Positions 35,249 through 44,507 of a stretch of 64,000 bases of DNA are shown here, one piece after another. Made by a program: the position numbers and the translations under genes. Source of the stretch: a virus; IMG/VR virus record IMGVR_UViG_3300023212_000059, positions 602-64,601 of that record; one strand, given 5' to 3'. The notes beneath the pieces were generated by a model. The model was not told the origin of the DNA and ran no database searches. It saw only the letters and a program-made list of their open reading frames with translations. Every line of letters starts with the position of its first letter. The first letter of the stretch is position 1.

Positions 35249-35727
35249 GCCGGCACCCCTTCTGTCTTCAGGACCACCTCGACGTTATGCTCCGCCGTGA
35301 AGACGGCGTGCTCACATCGACGATTGCAGGAGCAGGACTTGAAACCGACTGAGCGACCGAACCGGGTCGAACCGTGCCAGAACACACGGCCCTCCGTCCC
35401 GTGCGGAACCTTCCGACCGTGGACCACGCGAACCAGCTTTCCACGCTCGATGCGACGAGCCTCACGGTCCGCGCACAGCCGACGGTACGTGGCCTGTTGC
35501 TCGGACTCCCACGCCTTAGCCGCCGCGATCACCTCGGGAGTCGCGTCTACGACGACAGTGTCGCAGTCCCCCATCGTCGAACCGTACGACACGTGCTCGA
35601 TTCGCTCGCCCGTCCAGACGGCCGCGTTCCAGACGTGCTCGTAGCCGTCGTAGAACGACATGCCTGTGTGATCCTTACTGAGTGTCGTGCCGACGTACTT
35701 TTCGGTTCCGTTTTTCCGTCGGATCAT
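35245..35727 (-). CDS. early protein with KOW/SH3-like C-terminus
   Basis: VRVVHGRKVPHGTEGRVFW. Confidence 0.65.
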   Translation of the reverse strand: MIRRKNGTEKYVGTTLSKDHTGMSFYDGYEHVWNAAVWTGERIEHVSYGSTMGDCDTVVVDATPEVIAAAKAWESEQQATYRRLCADREARRIERGKLVRVVHGRKVPHGTEGRVFWHGSTRFGRSVGFKSCSCNRRCEHAVFTAEHNVEVVLKTEGVPA

Positions 35728-35900
35728 GACTTGGCCTCCTTCTTGAACCGCTCGGCCAGCTTGGCTTGAGTGTGCCAGCACACCACCGCCTGATTCACGG
35801 ACTTGCCGTTCGCCGTGTAGCCGACCAGCCACGCTTCGGGAATGTCGTAGATGTATTTCTGGCCCCGCTCCGTCATCTCGACGTGAACGGTCTTTTCCAT
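35724..35900 (-). CDS. early hypothetical protein (58 aa)
   Basis: GGAGG RBS; coupled. Confidence 0.5.
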   Translation of the reverse strand: MEKTVHVEMTERGQKYIYDIPEAWLVGYTANGKSVNQAVVCWHTQAKLAERFKKEAKS

Positions 35901-36187
35901 CACCGCACCTCCGCCTTCTCCTTCTTCAGTTGCGCCGCGCGCCGGCCGCGCTCGCTGCGCTCTTCAGGAGTGAGCTTCGCGTGCATCTCCTTGAACCGCT
36001 CGCTGGCCTCGATTGACTTGGAACGAGACGCGGCGATCTTCTCTTGCGCCCACCGCACCGTGTCAGGCATCCCGTGCCGCAGAGCGAACGCCCACGCCGC
36101 GCACTCTTCCGAGCAGTACCGGCGCGACGCGTCCGCCGTGTCAGTCGGAGCCCCGCATCCAGGTCGCGCGCAAAGATCGTGGCTCAT
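35900..36187 (-). CDS. early Zn-finger protein
   Basis: CARPGC...YCSEEC; GGAGG RBS. Confidence 0.55.
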   Translation of the reverse strand: MSHDLCARPGCGAPTDTADASRRYCSEECAAWAFALRHGMPDTVRWAQEKIAASRSKSIEASERFKEMHAKLTPEERSERGRRAAQLKKEKAEVR

Positions 36188-36189
36188 GG

Positions 36190-36384
36190 TTACCTCCCTT
36201 GCGCACGGAAGCACCGTGCGCACGTCTTGATCCGGCCCTGAGCAAGGCCGTCGTCTGGCAGTGTGCGTTCCGGCCAGAGACCGCACTTAGTACCTCCGCT
36301 CTCCTTCACGAGGTGCCGCGTCCAGTTCCGCGTTGCTCTCATGCTTTGCCGCCACCATCCGACCGCGATAAGGCGAGCGGTCAT
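36190..36384 (-). CDS. early hypothetical protein
   Basis: WTRH...TKCG...CARC. Confidence 0.55.
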   Translation of the reverse strand: MTARLIAVGWWRQSMRATRNWTRHLVKESGGTKCGLWPERTLPDDGLAQGRIKTCARCFRAQGR

Positions 36385-36663
36385 TGAAGCACCTCCATCC
36401 GCGCGCACCGAGCCGCCGCGAAGTACGACCGGAGCGACGGTGCGGGTTCAGTCGGCTGAGCCCAGATTGCGAGGAACAGCACGAACAGGACTGAGAACCA
36501 TCGGATGAAAGTCATGACGCTAGCTCCAGCGCCTCAAAAGCGCCATCTCCTCCTCGTGGCTCAGTTCCCACTCGGCAGGATACTCGGACTTAGGAAGCTC
36601 GGGCATCGTCGGAGCACCGAGACCAGAACCGGTCAGGTACGCTGGAGTCTCCATCACATCCTC

Positions 36664-36707
36664 CATTGAATTTTACTCAAGTCCCCCGTTCCAATCAACG
36701 GGAATTT
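36664..36707 (-). promoter_or_regulatory. early promoter (TTGATT-17-TAAAAT) with a TTGA-N7-TCAA dyad over the -10
   Basis: -35 at 36693-36698, -10 at 36670-36675; GGAGG RBS follows. Confidence 0.75.
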
Positions 36708-36719
36708 CGACCTGACGGT

Positions 36720-37310
36720 CATCTTCAAGCACGCTGCTGAAGCGTGCGATTCCCAACGGCCTCCGTCCTCCGGAGCGTCCGACGCTGCGCCCGAATGCTT
36801 CGTCCTGGGATTGTCTCGGCGTCCATCGGAAGTCTCACGACTACCGCCGACTACCAGGCACTCGGGCTTCGGCTTTCACGGATCGTTCGCGGTCTACCGA
36901 GGGGAACGAGACGCGGCTCCGAGGCTTCCGCCGCGCCGACTACCGCCCTCTACCCCGCTCCGCTCTGGGCGCCTTGCCATCGGACTTTCGGTCTCCCCTG
37001 GCGCCTCCAGGAGCCTTGCAGCATGGAGCCCCGCCGGCCTACCAGCCATCTCGGGACTCCGGGTCTCTCTCATTTCTCCCTCCACTTAAAGTATAGCATA
37101 TCCCACCAGCGGGAAACGGAAATTTTGGCCAAATTCCCTCGTAAAATCAATAGGTTACAGGACGGACTTGACAGGATTTGAGAAAACCTAGCGCTCCAGG
37201 CTCCGAGAGCCCTGGTTTCTAGCGGTTCGATTCGCTAGGTTTTCGACGAGTGTTTATGCGGGTTCGAGCGGACCTAGCGGACGTGGCGTTGGTTCAGCAT
37301 CCGCTAGAAC
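36720..37310. promoter_or_regulatory. non-coding hub: putative origin/control region with IHF box, A/T-rich tract, CTAGC dyads and extended -10 promoter
   Basis: AATCAATAGGTTA (37145-37157) matches WATCAANNNNTTR; IR AAAACCTAGCG/CGCTAGGTTTT (37183-37193/37233-37243); TGcTATACT near 37091; CTACC repeats at 36840-37045. Confidence 0.5.
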
Positions 37311-39692
37311 GGCCTGGACCGGCCGCTTGACGATCTTGCCCTGGACGTGTGGTGGCGGAAGGAATCTGGACCAGGCGTTCTCGAAATCATCTCGGTCGTA
37401 GCCGCGCTGGTTGTTGTTCCCGATCCAGACCTGACGCGGCTGGATCGGGAGCCCTCGCGAAGTCTCGTAGAACTTCAGCTTGAAGGCAAGCTGTCGTTGC
37501 GTGATGCCTGACTCCTTGCTCTTCTGGTTGTACTCGCCCCACGGACGCTCGGGCATGTTGTTGAGCCCGTTCACGATGGCCTGGGATGCCATCGCCTTCC
37601 TCGGCTGTCCTTCCTTCGGGTAGAACAGTGAGCGGATGTCCTGAAGCAACTGGACGCCTTCAGGCTCCGCAACAGGACGTCCTTCGGATGACGAGAGCTT
37701 CACGGCCGCACGGCGAGCACGCTTTGGCCAGTCGCCGCCGGCAAGCTCTGCAAGCTGAAACAGCGGTTTCCAATTCTCAAGCGCCCGTTCGTTTTGTCGC
37801 AACTCCCACGGGAATACTGGTATACCTGCTTCCTTCACATCTTCGTGGAAGTCCAAAGCCCATTTAGAGAGCTTTCTCGCTGGAGGGAGAAATTCGAGCG
37901 GTGTGCTTTGACCCCAATGACTGTTCAAGCAGTCTTCTCGAACTTCGCTGCTATGGTCTTTGGCCCATCGAGCGAACTTACTACTGACACTTTGAAGCTC
38001 GACCGGAGTCATTCGAGTCCAACGGTCGTTGTCGTTTGTTTCGACTCGGCGCTGCATAGGGATCATGATGCTTCGATCCTGAATCGTATCGGGTAGCCGG
38101 CTGTCTTTGTCCAGGATCAGCGCCAAGCTCTTCGGGCACCAGGTCGAGAACGGCTTCGGGTCGTGGTCGTCGCCTTCGCAGCGGACGATGACGGCTGTCC
38201 GCTTCGTGTAGCCGGCGTTCAACACTTCTCGCATCGTCGGGGACATTTCAAAGAAGCTGTCCGCCTCGTCGATGATCATGGTCGGCTTGAACTTTTCCAC
38301 AGACCTGTACAAAGCAGCTTCCGAGATATTCGAGCCCTGGAGTGGTCGCCGTGAGAGAAGTCCAACGATGCTCTGTGCTCTTGTCTTTCCACACCGCTTC
38401 ACCGGAGATGTAAAGGTTAGATACGGAGAGCACATTTCTTCGTAAACGTCGAAGAACCATGTGTGAGCACACCAGAGCGCGATGGCGTCGTAGGCTTCAT
38501 CGCTGGTGAAAAGGTATTCCTTGATCTTGACCACGGCTTCGTCTAGGACTTCAGTACCTCCAACCGGGTCATCCCAAGGGTCTACCGTGTTGCACAGGAC
38601 ATTCTCTGCCGATACGTCTGCTGGAATTCGAGCCACCACCTCGGACCTGATCGTGGCCTTCGTGAGTGGCTTGAAAATCCTCGCGCCTTCGTCGTACAGC
38701 AGGTCCCGCTCGACTGCATCTCTGATAGCCACAAGCTCGAACCAACGGGGTGCGAACTTCGCCCGATCCCTCTGAAAGTTCTCCGATGTCTCGCTGTTGA
38801 CGGAAGTACGGACCTTCTCCAGGTACTCCCACGGGTCCTCGATGTCGTCCAGTTCGTCTTCGAGCGCCTGGAGGTTCACGGCGCCCTCGACCTGAGCCAT
38901 CGTCGGGACGTCAGCCGGCGCCACAGCTTCGAGAGCCGCCGTGGACTCCACGAGCGCTTGTAGTTCTTCAAGCGTGTGACCGGCGTCGAGCCAATCGCTG
39001 ACGTCGCCGTGCTCGGGCAGGTCAGGAAGCGGGACGATTTTTACCATGATACCGTTCGGTAAAAGTGTGCGCGCGATGGCCTGCGCATGAGCGCGACCAG
39101 CGTCGTCGTTGTCAGGCAGGATGACGGCCTCGTGAACTCCTGCCGTGACCAGGAACGCCGCGTGTTCCTCTTTCCACTTCGGCCGCACGCCACTCTTCGA
39201 GGCACCACCGTCGTTGCACGTCGCCGTGAGTCCAAGCGCTGCGAGCCTGTCGCAGTCCTTCTCGCCCTCCGGGATGTAGACGCGTTGCGCACTCTGAAGC
39301 TCGTTGAGCCGATAGACGACGCGGCGCACGCCAGTCAGGAACCACGTCCACGGCTTGTCCGCATTGCCTGACGGCTTGCGGATGCGGAAGTCCTTCGGCT
39401 CGTAGCGGACTTTCTGATAGAGCAGGTTGCCCTGCTCATCGACGTAGTTGTACCAGGCAACTTCCGTCTTATCAGGGATGCGCCAATCGCTCGACTTCGT
39501 GCCAGTCTTGAGAACGATCAGATCGAACGTACAGCCGGCGTGGCAGTGAGCAAGGATGCGGTCGCCTTCGACGTCAATCTGAAGCGACGGGTTGACGTCT
39601 TCGTGCGCGGGGCAAAGAGCTTTCCATCCTCGCCCGCTGCGTTGAACTCCAGACAGCTTGGAGAGGATAAACTCCACTTGTCGGTTGGGCAT
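37254..39692 (-). CDS. DNA primase (Zn finger plus TOPRIM) fused to a DUF3631-like C-terminal domain
   Basis: CPAHED...CHAGC; IPEGEKD, ILPDND; SPVKRCGKT P-loop-like motif, IIDEAD. Confidence 0.85.
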   Translation of the reverse strand: MPNRQVEFILSKLSGVQRSGRGWKALCPAHEDVNPSLQIDVEGDRILAHCHAGCTFDLIVLKTGTKSSDWRIPDKTEVAWYNYVDEQGNLLYQKVRYEPKDFRIRKPSGNADKPWTWFLTGVRRVVYRLNELQSAQRVYIPEGEKDCDRLAALGLTATCNDGGASKSGVRPKWKEEHAAFLVTAGVHEAVILPDNDDAGRAHAQAIARTLLPNGIMVKIVPLPDLPEHGDVSDWLDAGHTLEELQALVESTAALEAVAPADVPTMAQVEGAVNLQALEDELDDIEDPWEYLEKVRTSVNSETSENFQRDRAKFAPRWFELVAIRDAVERDLLYDEGARIFKPLTKATIRSEVVARIPADVSAENVLCNTVDPWDDPVGGTEVLDEAVVKIKEYLFTSDEAYDAIALWCAHTWFFDVYEEMCSPYLTFTSPVKRCGKTRAQSIVGLLSRRPLQGSNISEAALYRSVEKFKPTMIIDEADSFFEMSPTMREVLNAGYTKRTAVIVRCEGDDHDPKPFSTWCPKSLALILDKDSRLPDTIQDRSIMIPMQRRVETNDNDRWTRMTPVELQSVSSKFARWAKDHSSEVREDCLNSHWGQSTPLEFLPPARKLSKWALDFHEDVKEAGIPVFPWELRQNERALENWKPLFQLAELAGGDWPKRARRAAVKLSSSEGRPVAEPEGVQLLQDIRSLFYPKEGQPRKAMASQAIVNGLNNMPERPWGEYNQKSKESGITQRQLAFKLKFYETSRGLPIQPRQVWIGNNNQRGYDRDDFENAWSRFLPPPHVQGKIVKRPVQAVLADAEPTPRPLGPLEPA

Positions 39693-39704
39693 CGAACGCG
39701 GCTC

Positions 39705-41108
39705 CTATACAGGTTGCTTCTGGACGACTACTTCGACAGGAAAACCTTTTCGCTCGTACGTGCGGCGCCGTTCCTCAGAGTGTCGGCGAAGAATGTCATT
39801 TGACAGGTCCATGAAGTCGATGATCAGTGCCTCAGTCTTGCCAGGCGCGAGTCTGAGCGCTCGGCCCATCCGTTGGATCGTGCGAAGCGGCGAGCTACCT
39901 CCTCCCGCAAGTACCAGGACGTCAATCGTCGGAATGTCTTGTCCGAAGTCGAAGATCGTGGATGCGACGACGCAGTCGAGTGTGCCGTTCGCGATCTTTT
40001 TCTTCGCGTCTTGGATTTCGTCGAGTGAAGAACCTCCATGAAGAAATGGGCAAGCAAGCGAGGCAGCAAGTGCGTAGCCGTGGTCGATTCGAACAACCAG
40101 GGTGAGAACTCTTCGACCCAGGTGAAGCTGTTCTTCGACCGCTTGGACGATAGCGGCATTGCGACTCCGATTATACACGATGCCCTTATCGTAAATCTCG
40201 TCGTACGTCTGTTCCTCGACGAACCCGCCGACGCGGATCATGCGGACACGTGCCGGCGTCGCTCGCCCTGCTGCGATCAGTTCCTTGGCTCCGCTCTCGA
40301 CCAGGATCGGACCCAGGAACGCCTCGACAGCCATTCGACGGGATGCCTCCTTGATCGTGGCGCTGAGCCCGAGCCGAACCGGCGCGTGGACGGCCTGGAG
40401 CACCGGGAAGCTCATGCCGGGCGCGATGGTGTGCGCCTCGTCGTAGATCACGACTTGCTGCTCGTCCAGGAACTCAGTCAGGCTCTTGAGGTGCTGGTAG
40501 ACGGTCTGGACTGTCGCCACGGTCACCCGGCGGCTGGTATCCCGGTAGCCTCCCCCCAGGCGCCCTACCCGCTCCTGGAGCCGGTCCTCGAACCTGTCCG
40601 CCGTCTGGGCCATGAGCCCCTTCTTGTTCACCAGGAATAGCCCACGGCGTCTAGAAGCCGCTTTCAGGACCCCTGCCGCTACCTCGGTCTTGCCGAAGCC
40701 TGTCGCGAGGCACAGACAGCCACGGAGGTTGGTCGTGGCGGCCTTGATCATTTCCCGCTGATCGGAAAAAAGGTCTACGCCGTGGAGCCGAACCGTCTCG
40801 GCCGGGATCGCGATGGCATCCTCGAATGGACCCGGAGGCCGGGCGTCCTGGACGTCGAGCGCATAGTCGTCGCCCAGGAACTCCTTCAAGGTTGCGATGA
40901 CGCGGTAGGAGAGTCCGGCTGGGAACGCCTTCTGCTTCGGGTCGAACAGATGCTTCTTACCGTCCCAGACATGCCGCTTGTAGGCTGGCGTGAATCGGAA
41001 CCCAGGCTCGTAGAACGAAAGCGCCTTGTCGAGCGCCTTCAGCAGATCAGGCGAGCAAGGTCCTTCCAAGGTTCCCCACACGCAGTCTTCGTGCAGGAAG
41101 AGTTTCAC
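39705..41108 (-). CDS. SF2 DEAH helicase (UvsW/T5 D10-like)
   Basis: ATGFGKT, YDEAH, GLSAT, GQDIP, QRMGR; GTG start in a GTGA overlap. Confidence 0.9.
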   Translation of the reverse strand: MKLFLHEDCVWGTLEGPCSPDLLKALDKALSFYEPGFRFTPAYKRHVWDGKKHLFDPKQKAFPAGLSYRVIATLKEFLGDDYALDVQDARPPGPFEDAIAIPAETVRLHGVDLFSDQREMIKAATTNLRGCLCLATGFGKTEVAAGVLKAASRRRGLFLVNKKGLMAQTADRFEDRLQERVGRLGGGYRDTSRRVTVATVQTVYQHLKSLTEFLDEQQVVIYDEAHTIAPGMSFPVLQAVHAPVRLGLSATIKEASRRMAVEAFLGPILVESGAKELIAAGRATPARVRMIRVGGFVEEQTYDEIYDKGIVYNRSRNAAIVQAVEEQLHLGRRVLTLVVRIDHGYALAASLACPFLHGGSSLDEIQDAKKKIANGTLDCVVASTIFDFGQDIPTIDVLVLAGGGSSPLRTIQRMGRALRLAPGKTEALIIDFMDLSNDILRRHSEERRRTYERKGFPVEVVVQKQPV

Positions 41109-41569
41109 TGCTTCGTCTGGGTTTCGTTGTCTTCGTGCGTGACGAGAGGTTCCCAAGCACACGGGCCAGGATTTGCTCGAACGAGTATCTTCTCGTCCAC
41201 GATGCCCATGAGGCCGGTGTTGATGTAGGACTCGTGCTGATAGCCCCCCGACGGCACGGCTGAGTGGATGATCAGAGTCACCGCCTTCAGTCCATCCGGT
41301 TCAGAGGCCAATGTGATGACGATGAGCTTCTTCGCATCGTGGAAGAGCGCTAGACCACCCGGCACGATTTGCTTGTCGTCGCGTCGCAAGCCGATGCCCG
41401 TTATCGTCACCACTCCCATTCCCTTTAACATCTCGACAGGGTACGGAGGATCGCACGGGTCCTTAGCTTCGGCCGGCTGAGAGCCAAGCGGAGGCTGAAT
41501 CTCGGGCGCCTTGGCGTGCGCGCAGCCAACGAAAACGGAGAGCAGAAGAACGCTGATCAAAAGTTTCAT
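41105..41569 (-). CDS. lipoprotein
   Basis: MKLLISVLLLSVFVG-C lipobox. Confidence 0.65.
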   Translation of the reverse strand: MKLLISVLLLSVFVGCAHAKAPEIQPPLGSQPAEAKDPCDPPYPVEMLKGMGVVTITGIGLRRDDKQIVPGGLALFHDAKKLIVITLASEPDGLKAVTLIIHSAVPSGGYQHESYINTGLMGIVDEKILVRANPGPCAWEPLVTHEDNETQTKQ

Positions 41570-41707
41570 GTCATTTCCCCATTGTGGACAATACCAAGCT
41601 TCCGATGCCCACGCAAATGTTGATCGCGGCCATTTTCCAGTCACGAACCATCGTGGCGTGAATGGCTGCGCAAATCTGAAGTATCCCGACGGCCGTGACC
41701 CAATAGT

Positions 41708-42214
41708 TCACGGAGTCCCGTAGAATGGAGCCGTCGTAATAGCCAAGCAGTGCGCTGCGACGAAGTCGATGGCCTCGTCGATGTCTGAGAACACCTTCGC
41801 CGAGTGCTCGGCGATGAACGGATGCAGGCCGGGGTAGTGGCGCTTGTTCTCGTGACCCTCATAGTCGCTCTTCACAACTGAGATGCGGACAACGCTTCGA
41901 GCCGTCGAGCGACCCCACTCTGACAGTGTGCCGATGTTCGGGTACTTGTCCGCGAGCGCTCGGAAGTCGAAGATGATGATGTCCGCGTGGTCCACCGCGT
42001 AGTAGTCTGCTGACACGATCCATCGAGCGTCAGACGTATGGTCTCCGTAGATCGTCCACGCTCCGGTGTCTTCGTGATGCTCCTTGCCGGCGAGCGGGTT
42101 GAGGATGCGGGCAACGTCATACAGTCGAGTCGCGGCTCGCTGCCGCCACTCGATGTCTTCCTTGACGCCGTCTCGAATCGCGCCTGCGAGGTAGACCGTT
42201 GGCTTTTCTATCAT
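41708..42214 (-). CDS. nucleoside 2-deoxyribosyltransferase / dNMP N-hydrolase-like protein
   Basis: VYLAG, ILNP, D...V..ADI, GTLSEWG (catalytic Glu). Confidence 0.7.
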   Translation of the reverse strand: MIEKPTVYLAGAIRDGVKEDIEWRQRAATRLYDVARILNPLAGKEHHEDTGAWTIYGDHTSDARWIVSADYYAVDHADIIIFDFRALADKYPNIGTLSEWGRSTARSVVRISVVKSDYEGHENKRHYPGLHPFIAEHSAKVFSDIDEAIDFVAAHCLAITTAPFYGTP

Positions 42215-43275
42215 GCTGCCCTCCGTGCGACGACAGGCCGCAACTGAATGTCCCGACGCCACGTCTTTCCGTGACGCTTATCCACGCCGAAAAACGGCGC
42301 GGTCGGGATGTCGAGAGCCTGGAGACGCTTGATGCTGAACTCGGTGCCGCCCGGCCAGGAGCCGGCGCTGATGATGTCGTGGAACTCCGCGCGCTCGGAA
42401 TGGTGACCAACGACCATGTAGTCAATCGGCGTGAGCCCGGACCGACGCAGCATCTCCTGATAACGGTTCTTGTGCCGACCGATGCTGTAGAACGGGATGC
42501 CCCACGTGGACTGTCCCGTGTCGTCGCCGTGGACGCACAGGAAGCGCCATTTGAAAATCTCGTGGACCTGCCACCACGTCTCGGGGATTTCCCATGTCAC
42601 ATTCTTCAACGGCCTCGTGCGCTCTTCGAGCCACTTGTAGACAAGGTAGTCGAAGTTGCTCATCGGAGAGTGTTCACCCTTGCGACCGATCCGACCGTGG
42701 TTGCCGACGACGCCGCCGCAGATGACCTTTACGAATCTGCCAGCGAGTCTGTACAGAAGCCGCGCAAAGTGCTCCACGCAGAACACGATCTGTTGGACGA
42801 GGCTCATGTCGATTTCTCGAAGCTGACCAGGGAAGATGTCCTCACCCTCGACGATGTCCCCGTTGAACCACACGTGAAGTACCTTCACGTTCGTGTGGTA
42901 CTTCATGATGCTCTCGACGGAGTCACCCAGGTACTCGATTTCCTCTAGCAGGATTTTCGTGTTGAACTCACCGAGCCCACCGGTCTCGCGCGCACTCGTT
43001 GTGAGTCCGGCCTGAACGTCGCTGATGACAAGGACGGCGTGTTCTTCGTGCAGAGTCGGTTGAATTCGAAATGTCGGTGGCTTGACTGGAGGTAGAGACG
43101 GGATGCGCTTGACGGCTTCAATGACGCGGTCGCCGACCATCTCGAAGAATGTCTGTCTGGCCGTGACTCGAATGATCTCTGCTTCGGCTAGCTTCTTCTG
43201 AAGCTCCTGGACCTTGGACAGCGATTCGGCCGCGAGAGCTTGTTCGAGAGATTTCACTTTCTTGGGCACTGGCAT
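42211..43275 (-). CDS. phage metallophosphoesterase
   Basis: SDVQ, NGDIVEG, GNHGR, HGD, GHH. Confidence 0.8.
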   Translation of the reverse strand: MPVPKKVKSLEQALAAESLSKVQELQKKLAEAEIIRVTARQTFFEMVGDRVIEAVKRIPSLPPVKPPTFRIQPTLHEEHAVLVISDVQAGLTTSARETGGLGEFNTKILLEEIEYLGDSVESIMKYHTNVKVLHVWFNGDIVEGEDIFPGQLREIDMSLVQQIVFCVEHFARLLYRLAGRFVKVICGGVVGNHGRIGRKGEHSPMSNFDYLVYKWLEERTRPLKNVTWEIPETWWQVHEIFKWRFLCVHGDDTGQSTWGIPFYSIGRHKNRYQEMLRRSGLTPIDYMVVGHHSERAEFHDIISAGSWPGGTEFSIKRLQALDIPTAPFFGVDKRHGKTWRRDIQLRPVVARRAA

Positions 43276-43499
43276 TCTCCCCTGCGGTGAACCTTCAATG
43301 TCGAGACACTGCGCTGAAATCCCACTTCTCGAATCGCCCGCCAGATGGTTCTTGCAGAAAGCGACGAATCAGCGAACGCCTTCAGAAGCGTATCACGATC
43401 TGACTTCGACAAGCCTTCCATGAAGATACCGACACCACATCGCCTGCCGCCACTTCTTAAAGGTGCGAACGACCGGATGCGGTCGAGTGTCAGCTTCAC
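43254..43499 (-). CDS. small Zn-binding/HTH protein upstream of the metallophosphoesterase
   Basis: CGV...HRRGECQC; GTGA-coupled. Confidence 0.55.
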   Translation of the reverse strand: MKLTLDRIRSFAPLRSGGRRCGVGIFMEGLSKSDRDTLLKAFADSSLSARTIWRAIREVGFQRSVSTLKVHRRGECQCPRK

Positions 43500-44149
43500 T
43501 TTTTCGCGAGCGCCTTCACGCGCTGCTCTTCCTCCCGTTGCCATTTCTTCGACGGCGTGAGACTCCATTGCTCGGCCAGGTCGTCTATTTTCTTCCACAG
43601 GTCCTCGACGGCACCGTCGTTGACGACGACCGCGTCCCAATCGGTGAACTGCGTCCACTCGTTTTCAGAGGCGTGGGAACTTACATCCTTCGTGGCAACC
43701 TGGAGCGCCGGACGGATGACCTTCACGAGCTTGCCGTCACGGTTCTTGATGGCGTTGATCTCATTTTCGAACCGGGTGTCCGTCACGACCACGTGACCCG
43801 AATCCACCTTGCCGACTTCCTCGGACCAACGGTTCACCCACCAATCCATGTTCACAGCACGGTAGACTTCGGTGCCGACTTCCTGGAGCATTGCGCGAGT
43901 CACATCATCACGTTCGAGCCACAGACCACGGTAGATGATCTCGTCCCACTCCTTCTCCGTCGGCTCCTTCTTCTGAAGGTCCGGACGAGTCATTCGGTAG
44001 TGGGCCTTGAGGGTACGGCGGAACTTCGTGGCGGTGTCCTTCTTCAGAGCTTCTGCGAAACTGATGCGGGTGAATCCGAACTTGTCGAGCAGCCGGTAAC
44101 CTGATGTGTCCTTGCCCGACTGCAACTTCCCTGCGAAGCCTACGATCAT
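43496..44149 (-). CDS. deoxynucleoside monophosphate kinase
   Basis: GFAGKLQSGKDT, SFAEALK, RAMLQEVGT, TDTRFENE, HASE. Confidence 0.9.
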   Translation of the reverse strand: MIVGFAGKLQSGKDTSGYRLLDKFGFTRISFAEALKKDTATKFRRTLKAHYRMTRPDLQKKEPTEKEWDEIIYRGLWLERDDVTRAMLQEVGTEVYRAVNMDWWVNRWSEEVGKVDSGHVVVTDTRFENEINAIKNRDGKLVKVIRPALQVATKDVSSHASENEWTQFTDWDAVVVNDGAVEDLWKKIDDLAEQWSLTPSKKWQREEEQRVKALAKK

Positions 44150-44174
44150 AGAGCCTCCGCGTGAAGCCGTCAGA

Positions 44175-44507
44175 CTACTCGTGTTTTCGACAGGCGTCAA
44201 GTGCCGCGTTGAGAGAGCCGATGTAACCGTCCCTCGACTCGATGGCCGCCCAGAGCCCTCGCGTCATGATGAAGATGTCGTCCGTATCCTTGATCGTGTC
44301 GAGCGGGTCCCCCGGTGCCCGGACCGCCGGAGGATCGCAGAAGACCGGAACGGGTACTTCTACTTTCTGCACTGTGGCAGCAGCGCAGCCGCTCAACATG
44401 ACTGTTACGAAAATCACGCAGACGAACGTGTGCTTGATGCTATCCCATTGAGGGACTTTTATCCTGTTGCCGTCAATGGCGGACACATCACCCGGCTGCG
44501 CGATCAT
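44175..44507 (-). CDS. o-spanin-like lipoprotein (Rz1-like)
   Basis: LSG-C lipobox, Pro-rich VEVPVPVFCDPP, C-terminal LDAC. Confidence 0.65.
   Translation of the reverse strand: MIAQPGDVSAIDGNRIKVPQWDSIKHTFVCVIFVTVMLSGCAAATVQKVEVPVPVFCDPPAVRAPGDPLDTIKDTDDIFIMTRGLWAAIESRDGYIGSLNAALDACRKHE

Noticed and set aside
36219-36236. GRIKT inside ORF 36190..36384 and DRIKE inside 11876..12322
   Set aside because: Internal, not C-terminal, and with only one Arg; not counted as tags.
36894-37085. 63-aa low-complexity ORF in the control region
   Set aside because: It has an RBS but the sequence is repeat-derived and not protein-like; left uncalled.
37217-37243. GGTTCGATTC resembling a tRNA T-arm
   Set aside because: No cloverleaf, acceptor stem or anticodon arm; it is the loop of the CTAGC dyad element.
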